Assembly: GCA_025201805.1 (NCBI GenBank)
Contig: MU619286.1
Span: 145,970 to 209,969, forward strand
DNA: 64,000 bases
Reading direction: 5' to 3'
Source of the DNA: Parasitella parasitica NRRL 2501
Lineage: Eukaryota; Fungi; Mucoromycota
The position numbers were made by a program, and so were the translations under genes. Positions within the stretch are counted from its first letter, which is position 1. Every line of letters begins with the position of its first letter. Below the pieces are notes generated by a model. It was not told where the DNA came from. It ran no database searches and was given only the letters and a program-made list of their open reading frames with translations. This document shows positions 11,846-25,239 of this stretch, one piece after another.

Positions 11846-13363
11846 TTAAAAGCAAGAAATTTAGCTTTGTGCGCCATTTTTTGATTAATTTTAATAATCA
11901 AACGTGCCCTGAAAACGTCAGAAATAGTATCCATTGGGAAAGAACTATATTATATATGATTTTGGTGCAATCTGAGCATGATTTTTTTTTCGATGCAAAA
12001 TGACGGATTTTTTCGATTTTTTCCTTGTATCCACACATGCAAAATCATCGATTACGCATTATCCTCGATTTTGACCCCAAAAATACAACTTTTTACTATA
12101 GCATATATTAGAGGGAAATGATCGTAAAAGACCATTCCTTGATCTGAAAGACTGGAAATGCTCTTTGGTTAAACAAAATTTTGACTTTTCCCTCTTGATC
12201 TGTTTTGAGGTTTTCTCGAAATAACTCCTTCCATAAGCATACGAGAATTATAAAATAGTACCATCGTGTAAAGCGTCTAAAAATACAGCTATTATCATAG
12301 ATTGACAGCCGAGGTATGCATAGTATCGGGGGATGATATGTTGCCTTAAAGAAGTAATTTTGTTTTCTAATTGTACAAATGGAGTTTCTGAAAGAATTTC
12401 TCCTTCCTGATTTTGGACGCGTCCAATCTCCGCCATCAAAGAAAAATGGTATATTTTCCAAGAAAGCATGAGCTTTGAGAAGCCATAGCTTACCCAATTC
12501 AAGAGAAAAACAATTGCAACCTAGTTTGCTAAATGGTGTGCTTCTTGGCTTTCTAATGGTAGTACTTACATGTCTGTACCTGGCTTGACGATCTCACGCT
12601 CCGATTTTGAAAAATACTTTGCCGATAAAAGTCAGAAAAGTCGCTACTGTCATTTTATGTCAACTTAAAACGTACAAAATTTTGCTCTAAGCTATGCAAA
12701 TATGTTATCAAAAGGTGTCTTATAGTCTAATGCATTACTTTGTATTACTTTTTTTGTGTCTGAAATCTCTAAACATTGTTTTCTTGCAGTTTTTGTCTTT
12801 TTTCTGACAAAAGCACACTAAAGTTCACGTAGGCCAAAAAAAAAAAAAAAAAAGCCTAAAATTTACGCTTCACAAAGACCCAAACTTTTGAACCATTCCA
12901 ATATTATGGAAAAGATGGCACAGGTTTGGCTAGCTGTTCTACTGTGCAACTCGATATAGAAAACCTAGCTTGGTACTTTTCTGACAAGACTTTCTATACC
13001 AAAAGACGCCAGATCAACAGAAGTATAAGAAAATGCCAGAGAAAAGGAAACAATATGCCACCAGGATACCACATCCATTCATAAAATTTCATCTGTACAG
13101 AAATTTATGAAATCCCAAGGACATAAATAAAGCTTATCTTCAACCTTGTTCTTTGTTCCTGAATCCAATTAAAGGTTTTGATCCAAAGTCAACGGATACA
13201 CTTACACCCAGAATCACAGATATTTGTAATTAGACAACTGTAATTTTTTTAAAGACTAGCTTGAATTCAAAGATATGATATAAATAGCTTATTTCACAAC
13301 GTATTTTCTTGTATCTTCACTATAAATAAAACAAAGCAATTACTCTCTTCTCTTAAAAACTTC
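11846..13363. repeat. Dispersed ~1.5 kb repeat, copy A (inverted relative to 36134-37527), includes a Tc1/IS630-like transposase remnant
   Basis: Near-identical reverse complement of 36134-37527 (the 129 and 84 aa ORFs recur at 36872-37266). 12890-13280 on + translates with frameshifts to IHKISSVQKFMKSQGHK..QPCSLFLNPIKGF..SKV..DTLTPRI, a decayed YLPPYSPFLNPIE DDE motif. Confidence 0.85.
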
Positions 13364-15608
13364 AGAAACGATATAAGGACCGTATACTTTGTGCGCATGC
13401 ATTTAAGGTAAAAGTAATGCATCCTTATCACTAGCCCCCACTCCATGGATTATTAAACAGTGCTAGAAAAATTATCCATAAAAGTTGCAGCCTCAACGGC
13501 TACATCCTTTTTATCCTGCACCCTGATAATAGTAGCACTGCTAAAGACTGAATTATTTGGATTTATTCAACTCTACCTTGAATACCATTCCACCAAATCA
13601 ATAGCAACTCCAAATCACAGCGTTAGAAGTGTTTCTAAAAGCATCATGTCACTGACAACCACTAACAGAAAGGTACAATCCAGCACACCGAGAAGGAAAA
13701 TCATGCTGCTCACAGTAGACTCAAATTGCCTCTGGCCATTCAATATAATGGCATTCGTTATAGAACTTTTGCTGAGGACGATATGAATGGAACTGGTCCT
13801 CCCACCTAGTGGCAAAAGGCTATCTTTTGTATCCTCGCATTTTAAAAACGATAACTCTGTAGATTAATTATTCTAAATATGCTACAAACGCAGATATTGG
13901 CCACGATCAGCTTACATTTATTTATATGCAACCGGTTGATAGTAGACCAAGCTTGACATTGTCTGCGCCATACAATGGGAAATCGTTAATTCGGAGAGAC
14001 AGATTCATCCCACTTGCAAAAAGACGCAGCGCTTCATGGATATTATAGTTGCCAGACTGTAATCAAGACGAGAGCGCAATTATCAAGGCTATTATCGTAA
14101 TAATGTGCAAGCCATTGATCAGACAAACAATTTTAAAGATGACAAGCTGCACTACATCACTACGTTTGCCTAAAATATTGACTTCGCTTCTCTACAGTAA
14201 CTTTAGTTTCAAGCAGCTCGTGCTGCCGCAGCCCTGCTTTGCCTTTGAGTAATAAAAAGTTCATAACGCACTTGAAATTTACAAATAGGCACATGTATGT
14301 TTAAAGAACTTGTATGAGGGCTTTTCTTGGTATTTCCACGTAAGATAAGCTTTACTAAAATGGGTAGTACATACTGTATTGTTGAATTATTTAGTCCGTT
14401 GTCAGCAGTGTAGTTGATGATTTATTTTTGACTGAAGATTCAAGCAGAAGGTTATATTACACCTAGTGTGTAGTCAGATTGTGGTAGAGGATTTCATACA
14501 AAAAAAAAAGATTGTGGTAGAGGAAGATGCTTCTAAATATCATCACTATCATCTTCGTGTCAAATCATAAATGGATGAATTACTGCCTGGATCAAAACAG
14601 TATTCATAGAAGTAAACAAGCAGAATTATGCACTTTTATCTTCTGTTTTGAATCTTTTGCTCTAAGCGTCGTTATTTTTAATCAAGTCCACAATTCTTTC
14701 AGAAAATGGGTTTAATGGTTCAATTATACCCTTGTCCTGCTGCATAGCACATACAAAATCTGGGAGTTAACATACTAGAGCTAACCTCCATTCCACAGCG
14801 TTTTGGTTATGTCTATCATGCCACGCAATTTGCGCTTGTTCTTCTAGTATGACCGCATCTTCCACATGAACGGCATTGTTAAGTCCATGGAATACACTAG
14901 GTTCCCGTTATTTCACATCCGTCGTAAGGGCAACCGTTACCATAGCAACCGCTCCTGGGTCGGACCTAATGCTATACCGTTGTTGGACAACTAAATGTCA
15001 AATATGATCTGATTGTATTCATGTAGATTTAGTCAATATAAATACACAACTTCCTTTCACTCAACAAAATCTTTTAGCTCTATTATCTTCCTTTTTCTAT
15101 CAAATACAATTATCTGCTGAGCCCTTTACAAAATTTAGCACAACAGGCTTGGAATATCTACTACAGTGCTGGAATTGACTTGGTGACCATAAACTAAGCA
15201 ATTTCTTTATTTAAGCTCTTAATGCCCTGCCAACATTTAACAAAATAATGTGAGCCTTCCAAATATTAGCCAGCGTAGTGATGACAATTAACAAGAGCAC
15301 AGATTTTCGCAACCAAAGGTCTGTCAACTAGATCTTTCATAGCTCATAAAATTACGGATTCCTTACACGTCAAAGCACAATATACAATGTATAGCATTTT
15401 ATGTTTTATCACATTTTTTATTTAAAAAAATAATAGAAAAAAACTGTACAGGGAGAAAAAAAAAATCGTCTTGGATTTTTCTTTTAGTTCGTTCGTTGCA
15501 AATATTAAAAAAAAAAGCTCGAGTCGATTGGAGGTGATATGATATTGAAGAAATGGCGTTTGAAGAGAAATGGGTATTCTTAAATGATTAAAACAAGATG
15601 TCGACAAT

Positions 15609-16127
<519 letters not shown>

Positions 16128-16222
16128 TCAAAAAATCCAAATATGGACATGAAAAGCTATACTTTTTTTTTTTTGTTGTGTAAAAAAAAAAATATACATT
16201 TATTCTCTCCCTCAAAACCGTG

Positions 16223-16432
16223 NNNNNNNNNNNNNNNNNNNNNNNNNNNNNNNNNNNNNNNNNNNNNNNNNNNNNNNNNNNNNNNNNNNNNNNNNNNNNN
16301 NNNNNNNNNNNNNNNNNNNNNNNNNNNNNNNNNNNNNNNNNNNNNNNNNNNNNNNNNNNNNNNNNNNNNNNNNNNNNNNNNNNNNNNNNNNNNNNNNNNN
16401 NNNNNNNNNNNNNNNNNNNNNNNNNNNNNNNN
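16223..16432. other. Assembly gap (210 N) in the H3/H4 divergent promoter
   Basis: Run of N. Confidence 1.
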
Positions 16433-16536
16433 AAAAAAAAAAAAAAAGTAGACGCGCGATGGTATTCGGTTATTTAATTGATTATTGCGAACAATTTTTT
16501 TTGCACTTCCAAAAAAAAATACATTTGATGATATAA

Positions 16537-16965
<429 letters not shown>

Positions 16966-18833
16966 ATGTACTTCACTTGAAAAATATAATATCCCTCTTT
17001 TTATTCAAAAAGAATTCCAATCTTTATTTACGCATTCTATTCGTCTCCCTATTTTATCAATTACGATCCCCAAGCCTTTTTTCCTATTTCGTTCAACTCG
17101 GTGACAATCAACTCTCTTATTGCAAGTTCAGCATTCTGTATATAGCTTTACTTTAGCTTTTTGGTCTTTGCCATCAAAAACTTTAAAATAAATAAAATAT
17201 TTTAAAAAAATCAAATAAGCTGTTTTACCATTTTGATAATCTTGTCGATATGACACTGCTGATCCAATGATGCCAACAAAGTTTATTGACATCTATACAA
17301 TAGAAGGTTTTCTTTGCAATTTGGAACTGTTCTCTGAGATAACTGACTAGGTGGAAATGACCATAAGTGTATTCAGAACAACTTTCGTTACAAACTTGAT
17401 GATAATATTAGCGTATTTTCAAGTTTTCTGAATATTGCATCTGTCCCATTTATTACAGAAAGCCAGTTACAAGTATTTTCAAGTAGTAGATTTGGCACAC
17501 GAAAAAAAAAAAAAAAAAAAAAAAAAAAGAAGTTTTGAATGTGTCGCCTTACTTTTGAAAAAAATTGGTCAACACTCTCCATTCATCACATGTGCAAAGA
17601 AATTGTCTAATATGCAATTCAAACCTGCTGCATTAAATTTTTGACTGTGCAGAAAGATTTAATAAAAGGTTATCTATCCGCAGGCTTGCTTATGAAGTAC
17701 ATAGCCCGGATGCTACTCAAGTGTCCTTCTCAATATCCATAATTTCAAGGTACATTGTAGACAGCCAATAATTGAAGGCAATATTGCTAAAATATCCTTT
17801 TACTATTTATCAGAATTAGGTCAATCAGAACGAAATTAATGCTATAATTTACGAATCTATTTCATTAAATTTAATATCTGGAGCTAATTCCAAAGCTTTG
17901 CATTCTTTTGAATTGTTTTTCAGAGACATCTGGTATCCTGCTATCAGCTCACAACTGATAGATTGTAATACGAAGCAATTCGATCACCGGTATTTTTTGA
18001 TTTGATAAACAGAGGCCAGATTTGGATTTGTATGTCATTTTTTTTATATGTATTTCAAGCAAGATTCAGATCGAAATTTAGATTAATGTACGCCCAAAAG
18101 AAAGAAATTGCGACTTCAAAATCTAAAATTTCGTATATAATTACCTACAATGGTAATAATGCACCAATTCTTTTTTACTTTTTGGCAAAAACATCTAATA
18201 CCAACTACGACCCCTGGGAACCATTTGGTGTGGCTCTGTGTGCACTTGCATTGGTCAAGGCTGTGTGCATGACTGAGAAGCGTGATGTTTACTCAGTATT
18301 GCATTTTGTAATCCCTCTAAAGACAAAAGCATTTAGTAGTATAAAGCAAACATTTCCTTGCAAAACAAAATGATATTGAGATATTTGAGGCAGTAACCAG
18401 TTATTGAAATTGCCATGTACAAAAGTATCATGGTGCTCTATTTGAACAGATCGGAAGAAGGAACATTTTACACATTTCCAGGGAAACTTTAGTGCGGCGA
18501 GTTCAACATTGCATTTTAATAGGAACAAGAGGTCGCAGAGTTTTCAAGAGAAAAAAAAAAAAAGTATACCCAATATCTTATTCCCTAACGAAGGGTTGAT
18601 ATTTAAAAAAGACGAATCCATATAGTTGTTGTAATATTTGTACATAATTTCTTTTTATAGAGTTAACATTTGGAATTTTTGAATAAAGCAAGTGGAATAG
18701 ATTCGGGAGGGGGATAATTTAATGGATTATAAAAAAAGTTTCCAAAGCTAAACATTGAATAAAAAGATAATTTTTTTGGAGTATAAAAGTTATGAAATGA
18801 TGGATTTTGTTTGAGTGCGAAGTGTATACATAT

Positions 18834-19229
18834 TTAAAGTTCTTGAGAGACACCAGCCTTCTTGGTTTTGGTAGGCAACAATGAAGCGTGGATGTTGGGA
18901 AGAACACCACCTTGGGCGATAGTGACATGGCCGAGGAGCTTGTTTAATTCTTCATCGTTACGGATGGCCAATTGCAAATGACGAGGGATGATACGAGATT
19001 TCTTGTTATCACGAGCAGCATTTCCAGCCAATTCGAGGATTTCAGCAGCGAGATATTCAAGAACGGCAGCAAGATAAACGGGAGCACCAGCACCGACACG
19101 TTGAGCATAGTTTCCACGACGCAAGAGACGATGGATACGACCAACAGGGAACTGCAAACCAGCCTTAGCTGAGCGAGTTTGAGACTTGGAGCCAGAAGCA
19201 GACTTTCCACCAGATTTACCACCAGACAT
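18834..19229 (-). CDS. H2A: Histone H2A (copy 2), 131 aa
   Basis: Identical to copy 1 except the tail [13 protein letters not shown]. Confidence 0.98.
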   Translation of the reverse strand: MSGGKSGGKSASGSKSQTRSAKAGLQFPVGRIHRLLRRGNYAQRVGAGAPVYLAAVLEYLAAEILELAGNAARDNKKSRIIPRHLQLAIRNDEELNKLLGHVTIAQGGVLPNIHASLLPTKTKKAGVSQEL

Positions 19230-19684
19230 TATATAATATTTATTTCTTTGAAAAAAGTTGTTGAAGGAAGAAAGAAGTGCTATTTTAAATTCGAGTTTAT
19301 ATATGTTCAAGGTTAATGTAAAAAGTCGGAAGCAATTTTTTTTTTTTTAAAGTTTTTTCTTCAAGAGTTATTGGCATCAAATGTTGCCGAACGAAAAAAA
19401 AAAAAAAAAAAAAAAAAAAATACCAACAAAAATTAGCAATTTTTTTTCTATTCAAAATGAAATCTGTTGTATATAATTCGAGCATATTTCGCGTTTGTTT
19501 CGCGATTTCACGACGTCTTCCTTGGATTTCATTCTATTTCTGATTTTGTGGTTGTAAAGAATTTTTTTCTTCAAAGTTTCTGTATATAGAAATCGAGTCA
19601 CCGACACGAAGTTCTATATATTTGGCAAATCTCTGGGATTTCTGCTTTTTCTTTTCATTAAACAAGTTTACACCTACAACGAAA

Positions 19685-20038
19685 ATGGCTGCCGATCTCC
19701 CTACCAAAGATAATAAGAAGTCTGCTTCCAAGGACAGCAAGAAGAGAAAGATCACTCGTCGTGAAACCTATTCTTCCTACATCTACAAGGTCTTGAAGCA
19801 AGTTCATCCCGATACTGGTATCTCCAACAAGGCCATGTCCATCTTGAACTCTTTTGTCAACGATATCTTTGAGCGTATTGCTTCTGAAGCCTCCAAGTTG
19901 GCCGCTTACAACAAGCGTTCCACCATCTCCTCTCGTGAAATCCAAACCGCTGTTCGTCTTATTCTTCCTGGTGAACTTGCCAAGCACGCCGTCTCTGAAG
20001 GCACCAAGGCTGTCACCAAGTACACTAGCTCCAAATAA
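19685..20038 (+). CDS. H2B: Histone H2B (copy 2), protein identical to copy 1
   Basis: [12 protein letters not shown]...KYTSSK; only silent changes near the 3' end. Confidence 0.98.
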   Translation: MAADLPTKDNKKSASKDSKKRKITRRETYSSYIYKVLKQVHPDTGISNKAMSILNSFVNDIFERIASEASKLAAYNKRSTISSREIQTAVRLILPGELAKHAVSEGTKAVTKYTSSK

Positions 20039-20415
20039 ATTGAGCGTCCCAAATACTATATTAATGCTATTCCAAACGAAACAAACTTATTATCACCTTC
20101 TGACCCTCTTTTAAGCCTTTCTCTTCCTGCATTCAATATAATTCACCATTATATTACCCCCAAAAAAATCGTTATATATATTATTTTTTTTATTCCCTCC
20201 TGTTATATATTTTGGGATCCTTTCAAAGCTTTTTTTTAAATAAAAATTCATTGAATCATGCTATATTTGTATACGTTTGCAGAGAATCCATTAAATGTGC
20301 TGTGTATCATTATTAATTTTTCCAATTTATCGGTTGTTAACTTGACACGTAAATTTGATCAAACGTGTTGTATATTATTTATTTGCTTTGGAAAAGAAAA
20401 AAACGATCAATTTAC

Positions 20416-21056
20416 TTAGGCAATGAGCTCAACAACACCACCAGCTTCCTTGATTTTCTTCTCCGCAAGGCGAGAGACGAAACGAGTACGGACAATAACA
20501 GGTTGAGAAATAGTACCCTTGGCTAAAACCTTTCCGTAACCCTAATTATGCGCCCATAAGTGTTAATTACCTAAATCGATTGAACCATTGTTGACAATAT
20601 CCCATTTTACCTTTTGGAGAGCATCGATGACAGGAACCTTCTCAGTGTTCTTATATTGTTCACGAACGCCTTCACCAGCAAGGGTCCAGATTTTATCGAG
20701 ATTGACAATAGGACGCCAGTTGACGTTGTTCTTCAAGTGGAAATGTCGCATACCGACCTTACCAAAGTAACCAGGATGGTACTTATCCATGTTGATACGG
20801 TGATGATGTTGACCACCTGCAAGACCACGACCACCAGGATGTTTTCTGTGTTTACCTGAATATCAAATCCAAATAGTGTGAATACGTCTAGTAGGAATGA
20901 AATCATTGAAAACATACCAACACGACCGTGACCGGCGGAAACATGTCCACGCTTCTTTCTGTTGTGGTGAAGTCTAGTAGGCTATAGGTTCATCAAAAAA
21001 CATTGATCAGTACTATGTTGCATGGATGGATTGATGAATGGATTAAAATTTACCAT
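20416..21056 (-). CDS. RPL28: 60S ribosomal protein uL15 (L27a/L28), 4 exons, first coding exon is ATG only
   Basis: M|[22 protein letters not shown]|[10 protein letters not shown]...[18 protein letters not shown]...|GYGKVLAKG...AGGVVELIA*. Confidence 0.96.
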
Positions 21057-21350
21057 GGCTTAAAATGCTTTACTGGATAGAGAGGGATTATTAGAACTGC
21101 AGTGTGGGCATTTACTATGAGGTTATTGCGATTGAATTCCAGTAAAAAAGTGACAATCCGGGCCGAAGTAGCTAATGCTCGGCCACCAAGTCCAACCCCT
21201 TGGAAAAATATAGTTGTTTGCATGCAAATGTGTTTATTGATCTAGCAATTTATTTCATGATCAGGATAAAAATAAAAACCAAAAAAAAGGGATAAAAAGC
21301 AAGGTATATATGTATATATATACAGATAGTTTAGAGTGGTATTCTCAATG

Positions 21351-21391
<41 letters not shown>

Positions 21392-21434
21392 TTTTTTTTT
21401 TTTTTTTTTTTTTTTTTGCAAGGCAAATGGGTGT

Positions 21435-22477
21435 TCAATTTGAATCATTCTTGATGATACAGGGAGATGATGTTGCAAACCGTGTTCCACGCTTCAACTT
21501 TTCAAGTTCGATTTCTAATCTTAATTGTTCCAACTTCATTTCTTGCATTCGTTCTTGATGGTCCATTTTTTTGAGTTCAAGCTCCACATTCACCAACGTC
21601 AGTCTGCTCTCATCTGAATGGTCATTCAATGTGTATCTGCAAATTTGTTAATTGACGCGCAATATAAACAGCCCAAATTTACCTAGCATTATGGCCACTG
21701 TTCAGCGATTGCAGAGAAGATGTCGGCTGGCATCCTGCTACAATCTTGGCCAATGTGTGCTGATTTTGTCTTCTTTTCTTGTAGGAGGAGTCAGGGGCAG
21801 CCGTAGACCTCTTGCTAGTGGTAGCATGTCGTAGATCTGTATACTCTTGTTGCTGAGCGGGTAATGGAGTAGGATAAGGTGTTTCTGACCTACCGGGTGG
21901 CGAGGCGCTGTTTATCATGTGAAAAGGTTCAGGCTTCAAGATGGGCATTTCATCCTCATTTGATTTATGAGTACTATCAACATGCTCTGCAGGGGCAATA
22001 TTTTGATGAACGGAAGGGGAATCTGTAAAAGAACTTGCGAATATAGGTTTGCAGCGATCATAATATGGAAATTCTTTAAACATTTTCACTGAACAAATAA
22101 ACAAATAGGCTTGTTAGTATTGCTATTTCAGCATTTTTCTCACTTTTACCTCTTAGCTCGTTAATGGCAACTTGATCGTTTTCAACGTCAGGAGATGTCA
22201 ACTGTTCGTTCCACCGTTTAAAGCGAGATTCCAGCCAACGTACTTTAAACTTGATAGCTTCATGATTCATGGCGTTGTTGAATATTTGCTCTCCTACTCG
22301 TTTTGAATATCCAGATTTGTTCTCTCTCCACTTACTGTAACTGCCTGGCAGCTCCAGATCGTCGAGTAAAAGTTTGATATCTTCTTCTTTCCATTGAATA
22401 TAGCGCCTTGAAGGTTCGGGAGCAGAAGACACAGGCGGGGCAATTGTATCCTCAGATGTAAAAGACTGCGTGCTCAT
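21435..22477 (-). CDS. Myb/SANT (trihelix)-like DNA-binding protein with C-terminal coiled coil, 3 exons
   Basis: QWKEEDIKLLL...KW...IKFKVRWLESRFKRW...FPYYDRCKPIF pattern; C-terminal LKKMDHQERMQEMKLEQLRLEIELEKLK; two GT-AG introns join ORFs 22076-22480, 21679-22104 and 21435-21629. Confidence 0.7.
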
Positions 22478-23312
22478 CACTACAAAGCAGGTGCGTGTTA
22501 AACGAAAGTGTGTAAAAGGAGAAAGGGCGAAAGAAGAAGAAAGAGATAGAGAGTTTCAATTTTCTTTTTTGTAAATTGCGTAAAATCCACGCAGTTACCA
22601 TCCAATCATTTAATATACACACAGTGGAGAGTATAGTTTGGGGAAAGTGGTGCGTTCCTCGTTCATCAAAGCAACTATTATAAAATGTATATTAAACACA
22701 AGCATCCCTGTTTTATCGCGCCTGTAAATTTGGTAATACTATAGAAATGGAACTTTATCGATCTGCCGTTTTCGTTACGATAGAAAAACTCCAAGCATTT
22801 TCAGTGCGACACATCTCCCATTCTTATTGCAAAATACATACATTTTGACCCTGAGACGATTAATTGATGACTTTTGAGCAATTCAGGTACCGCAGTCGAG
22901 TACGTTATACGGTACATCTTTACCCAAATTAATAGATAACATGTATAAGAAAAAACATTTGGATGATCATCATTTGAATCTCTTTATCCAGCAGTTTACG
23001 TTAATTTAAGTTCTTTATTCTTCAAAAATAAAAGTTTGCTGTTTTTAACATTTGATATTTCGTACACTTTTTGATTAATGCTACAATTTTTTTTTGCTTT
23101 GTTTTGTTTTATGCCAGGCGAACAGCTTTATTGGTGGGCTGTAATAGTTACATATGGCTAATTACATGGAATAAATCTAGGAATTGCACAAGTATGGTTT
23201 ATATTGCGGTATTGTTCAACTGGTAATTCAACAATAAATAACATATTTTATGTCTTTATTAAAGGAAAATGTATATCAGAGTTACAATCAGAGCTTTTTA
23301 AGGATAAGAAAT

Positions 23313-24239
23313 TTAATCAAAGAGACCGAAACCCATATCATCATCCTCTTCCTCCTCTTCTTCGGCAGCAGCCTCGGCAGCGGGGGCAGAAGTGGTCTCA
23401 GCAGCAGCGGGGGCAGCAACAGCGAAAGCATCAGGGTTAGCAATGTATTCCTTGATTTGCTCAGAGCCGGGGAATGTGTAGTCGGAAGCGACAGAAACAG
23501 CCAACAAGTTCTTGTATCCGTTGATGACAGAGTGAGGAACGGAAGCCAAGGTAGGATAACCAACAGCAAGAGAGATGGAGGCAATCTCGCGGATAGCAGC
23601 CAACAAGTTGGCAACCAATTGGGACTCCTCAACATCGAGAACTTCGGCAGAGAAGAGAGATCCATCGTCGTAGATTTGAACGACACCCATACCGTAGGTG
23701 AAGGGAGAGATGTTCAGCATGTTCAAAAGGGTAGCCTCGGAAGGACCGACCTTGGTACCAGCGGCGACAAGCTTGACATCAGAAACAATTTCAATGGTAC
23801 CACGAGCAATCTTGGTGGGAATACCGAGAGCTTGGAAGAAAGAGGTCTTTCCTGGTTCCATACCAGTGTTACCACCGGGAACAGTAACATCATCAGGAGC
23901 AATGGCACCAGCACGAGCAGGAGCAGCGACACGGTTGGAGACGATCTTTTCACGGATAGCCTTGAGGTCACCGTTGGTAAAAACAAAACCAATGTTACCC
24001 TTAACGAAGCCGAGAAGCTTCTCAAGTTCGGGACGCTCAGCGATCAAACCCTTCAAGGCACGACGAACCATGGTGTTCTTACCCATGAGGACAACAGCCT
24101 CACCACGGAGGGAGAAACGGATTTGATGCATTTGGTTAGAGCTGACATTGTCAACGTTGACAATGAAGATGGACTTGTAGGTGTCCAAGTAGTTGGTCAG
24201 CTTTTGGAAATAAAGGGCCTTGTTTTCTCTCTTCGACAT
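23313..24239 (-). CDS. RPP0: 60S acidic ribosomal protein P0 (uL10)
   Basis: 308 aa, [14 protein letters not shown]-terminal [16 protein letters not shown]; a 5'UTR intron at 24349-24277 (GTAAGA...ACTAAC...TAG). Confidence 0.98.
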   Translation of the reverse strand: MSKRENKALYFQKLTNYLDTYKSIFIVNVDNVSSNQMHQIRFSLRGEAVVLMGKNTMVRRALKGLIAERPELEKLLGFVKGNIGFVFTNGDLKAIREKIVSNRVAAPARAGAIAPDDVTVPGGNTGMEPGKTSFFQALGIPTKIARGTIEIVSDVKLVAAGTKVGPSEATLLNMLNISPFTYGMGVVQIYDDGSLFSAEVLDVEESQLVANLLAAIREIASISLAVGYPTLASVPHSVINGYKNLLAVSVASDYTFPGSEQIKEYIANPDAFAVAAPAAAETTSAPAAEAAAEEEEEEDDDMGFGLFD

Positions 24240-25239
24240 GTTGATATTTTACTGTTCGAGGACCTTTTTAAAGAAACTACATCATGATGGTTTGTTAGTT
24301 CATGATGGATGGATGGATGGATGGACTTGGTTTTCGTTCAAGTTCTTACCTTGGCAGATGAGGATGATTATGTTCATCGCGATTGTCAATGGCTCTGATA
24401 TTGCTTTCTTTTTTGAATAGATTCCCAGTCCGTTCCGAAAACTGTGACAACTGGCAAGTGTCTTTTAATGCAATGTAAATTCAGTCAAAACATTTACGGT
24501 GCTTCCCCACTCTTATATTGCCGACTTTATGAACCCCAATTTAAACCAGTATTTGGTGAAAATCACTACTTTAATCCTCAATTTTTTGGCGCAAATTGAG
24601 AGTGGAAGTACTCTAAACCAATTTTTAATACATAGAAGTATGCTATAATCTTTGCCTCGTAATCAATCGCAACTCTAATCAGTAATGTTTTCAATTTTTC
24701 AATTTTCGAATGTACCTTTTCTAGTCATAAGCATCAACCACCACGAGTAATGCTGTCCAACCAACCTGCTGGCAACAAGACCTCATGTTGAAAAGGGTTA
24801 ATTAGTAAACCTAAGTTGCAGTCGTACATTATGGCATTAGGATATGATGTTGGTCCATGTAAATACATCCCGAAGATGTATTTCTAATAAAAGGGCAGAT
24901 TCGAGGAAAGTGGTTAAAGTCAGCAAAAGTAAGCCTCACAGACTCTCTGATCAAAAGAGTATACAGCAATACAAGAGAAAAAGTACAAGTAAGAAGCCTG
25001 TATGCCTTGAAGGATGGATATTTAGGTAAGTCTGACTTTAGTTTGTATAAAGCATGTATTTATCAATTAATGGGTTTCAAGGTTTTTATTAAACAAATGT
25101 AATATATTACAAGGCTGTACAAGCGAATATGACTAATTAACAATTAAAGTTTTTTTTTTTTTTTAATTGATTCAAAGTGTGTATAAGGAGAATTGATGTT
25201 GGTCAAAGTGGTAGCATATTTAGTTGCAGGAGAAATACT

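Larger units (their letters stand above)
18833..20039. repeat. Right arm of the 1.2 kb inverted repeat (H2A-promoter-H2B unit)
   Basis: Reverse complement of 9366-10572, including an identical 27-nt A/T homopolymer. Confidence 0.97.

Noticed and set aside
12108-12502. 129-aa and 84-aa ORFs recurring at 36872-37266
   Set aside because: Both overlapping frames stay open because the repeat copies are nearly identical; non-ATG starts and no recognisable domain.
13400-14300. Coding-like degenerate sequence (also 4600-4980, 35900-36130, 37900-38450, 62750-63200)
   Set aside because: Probably old TE or gene debris, but I could not assign a family from motifs with confidence.
21145-21190. Shared upstream words near RP genes (GTGACAA, GCTCGGCC)
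   Set aside because: Short and present in only two of the four RP genes each; cannot be separated from chance in this window.
23250-24287. 345-aa ORF on the + strand
   Set aside because: Antisense shadow of the codon-biased RPP0 gene; the same applies to shadow ORFs over the histone genes.
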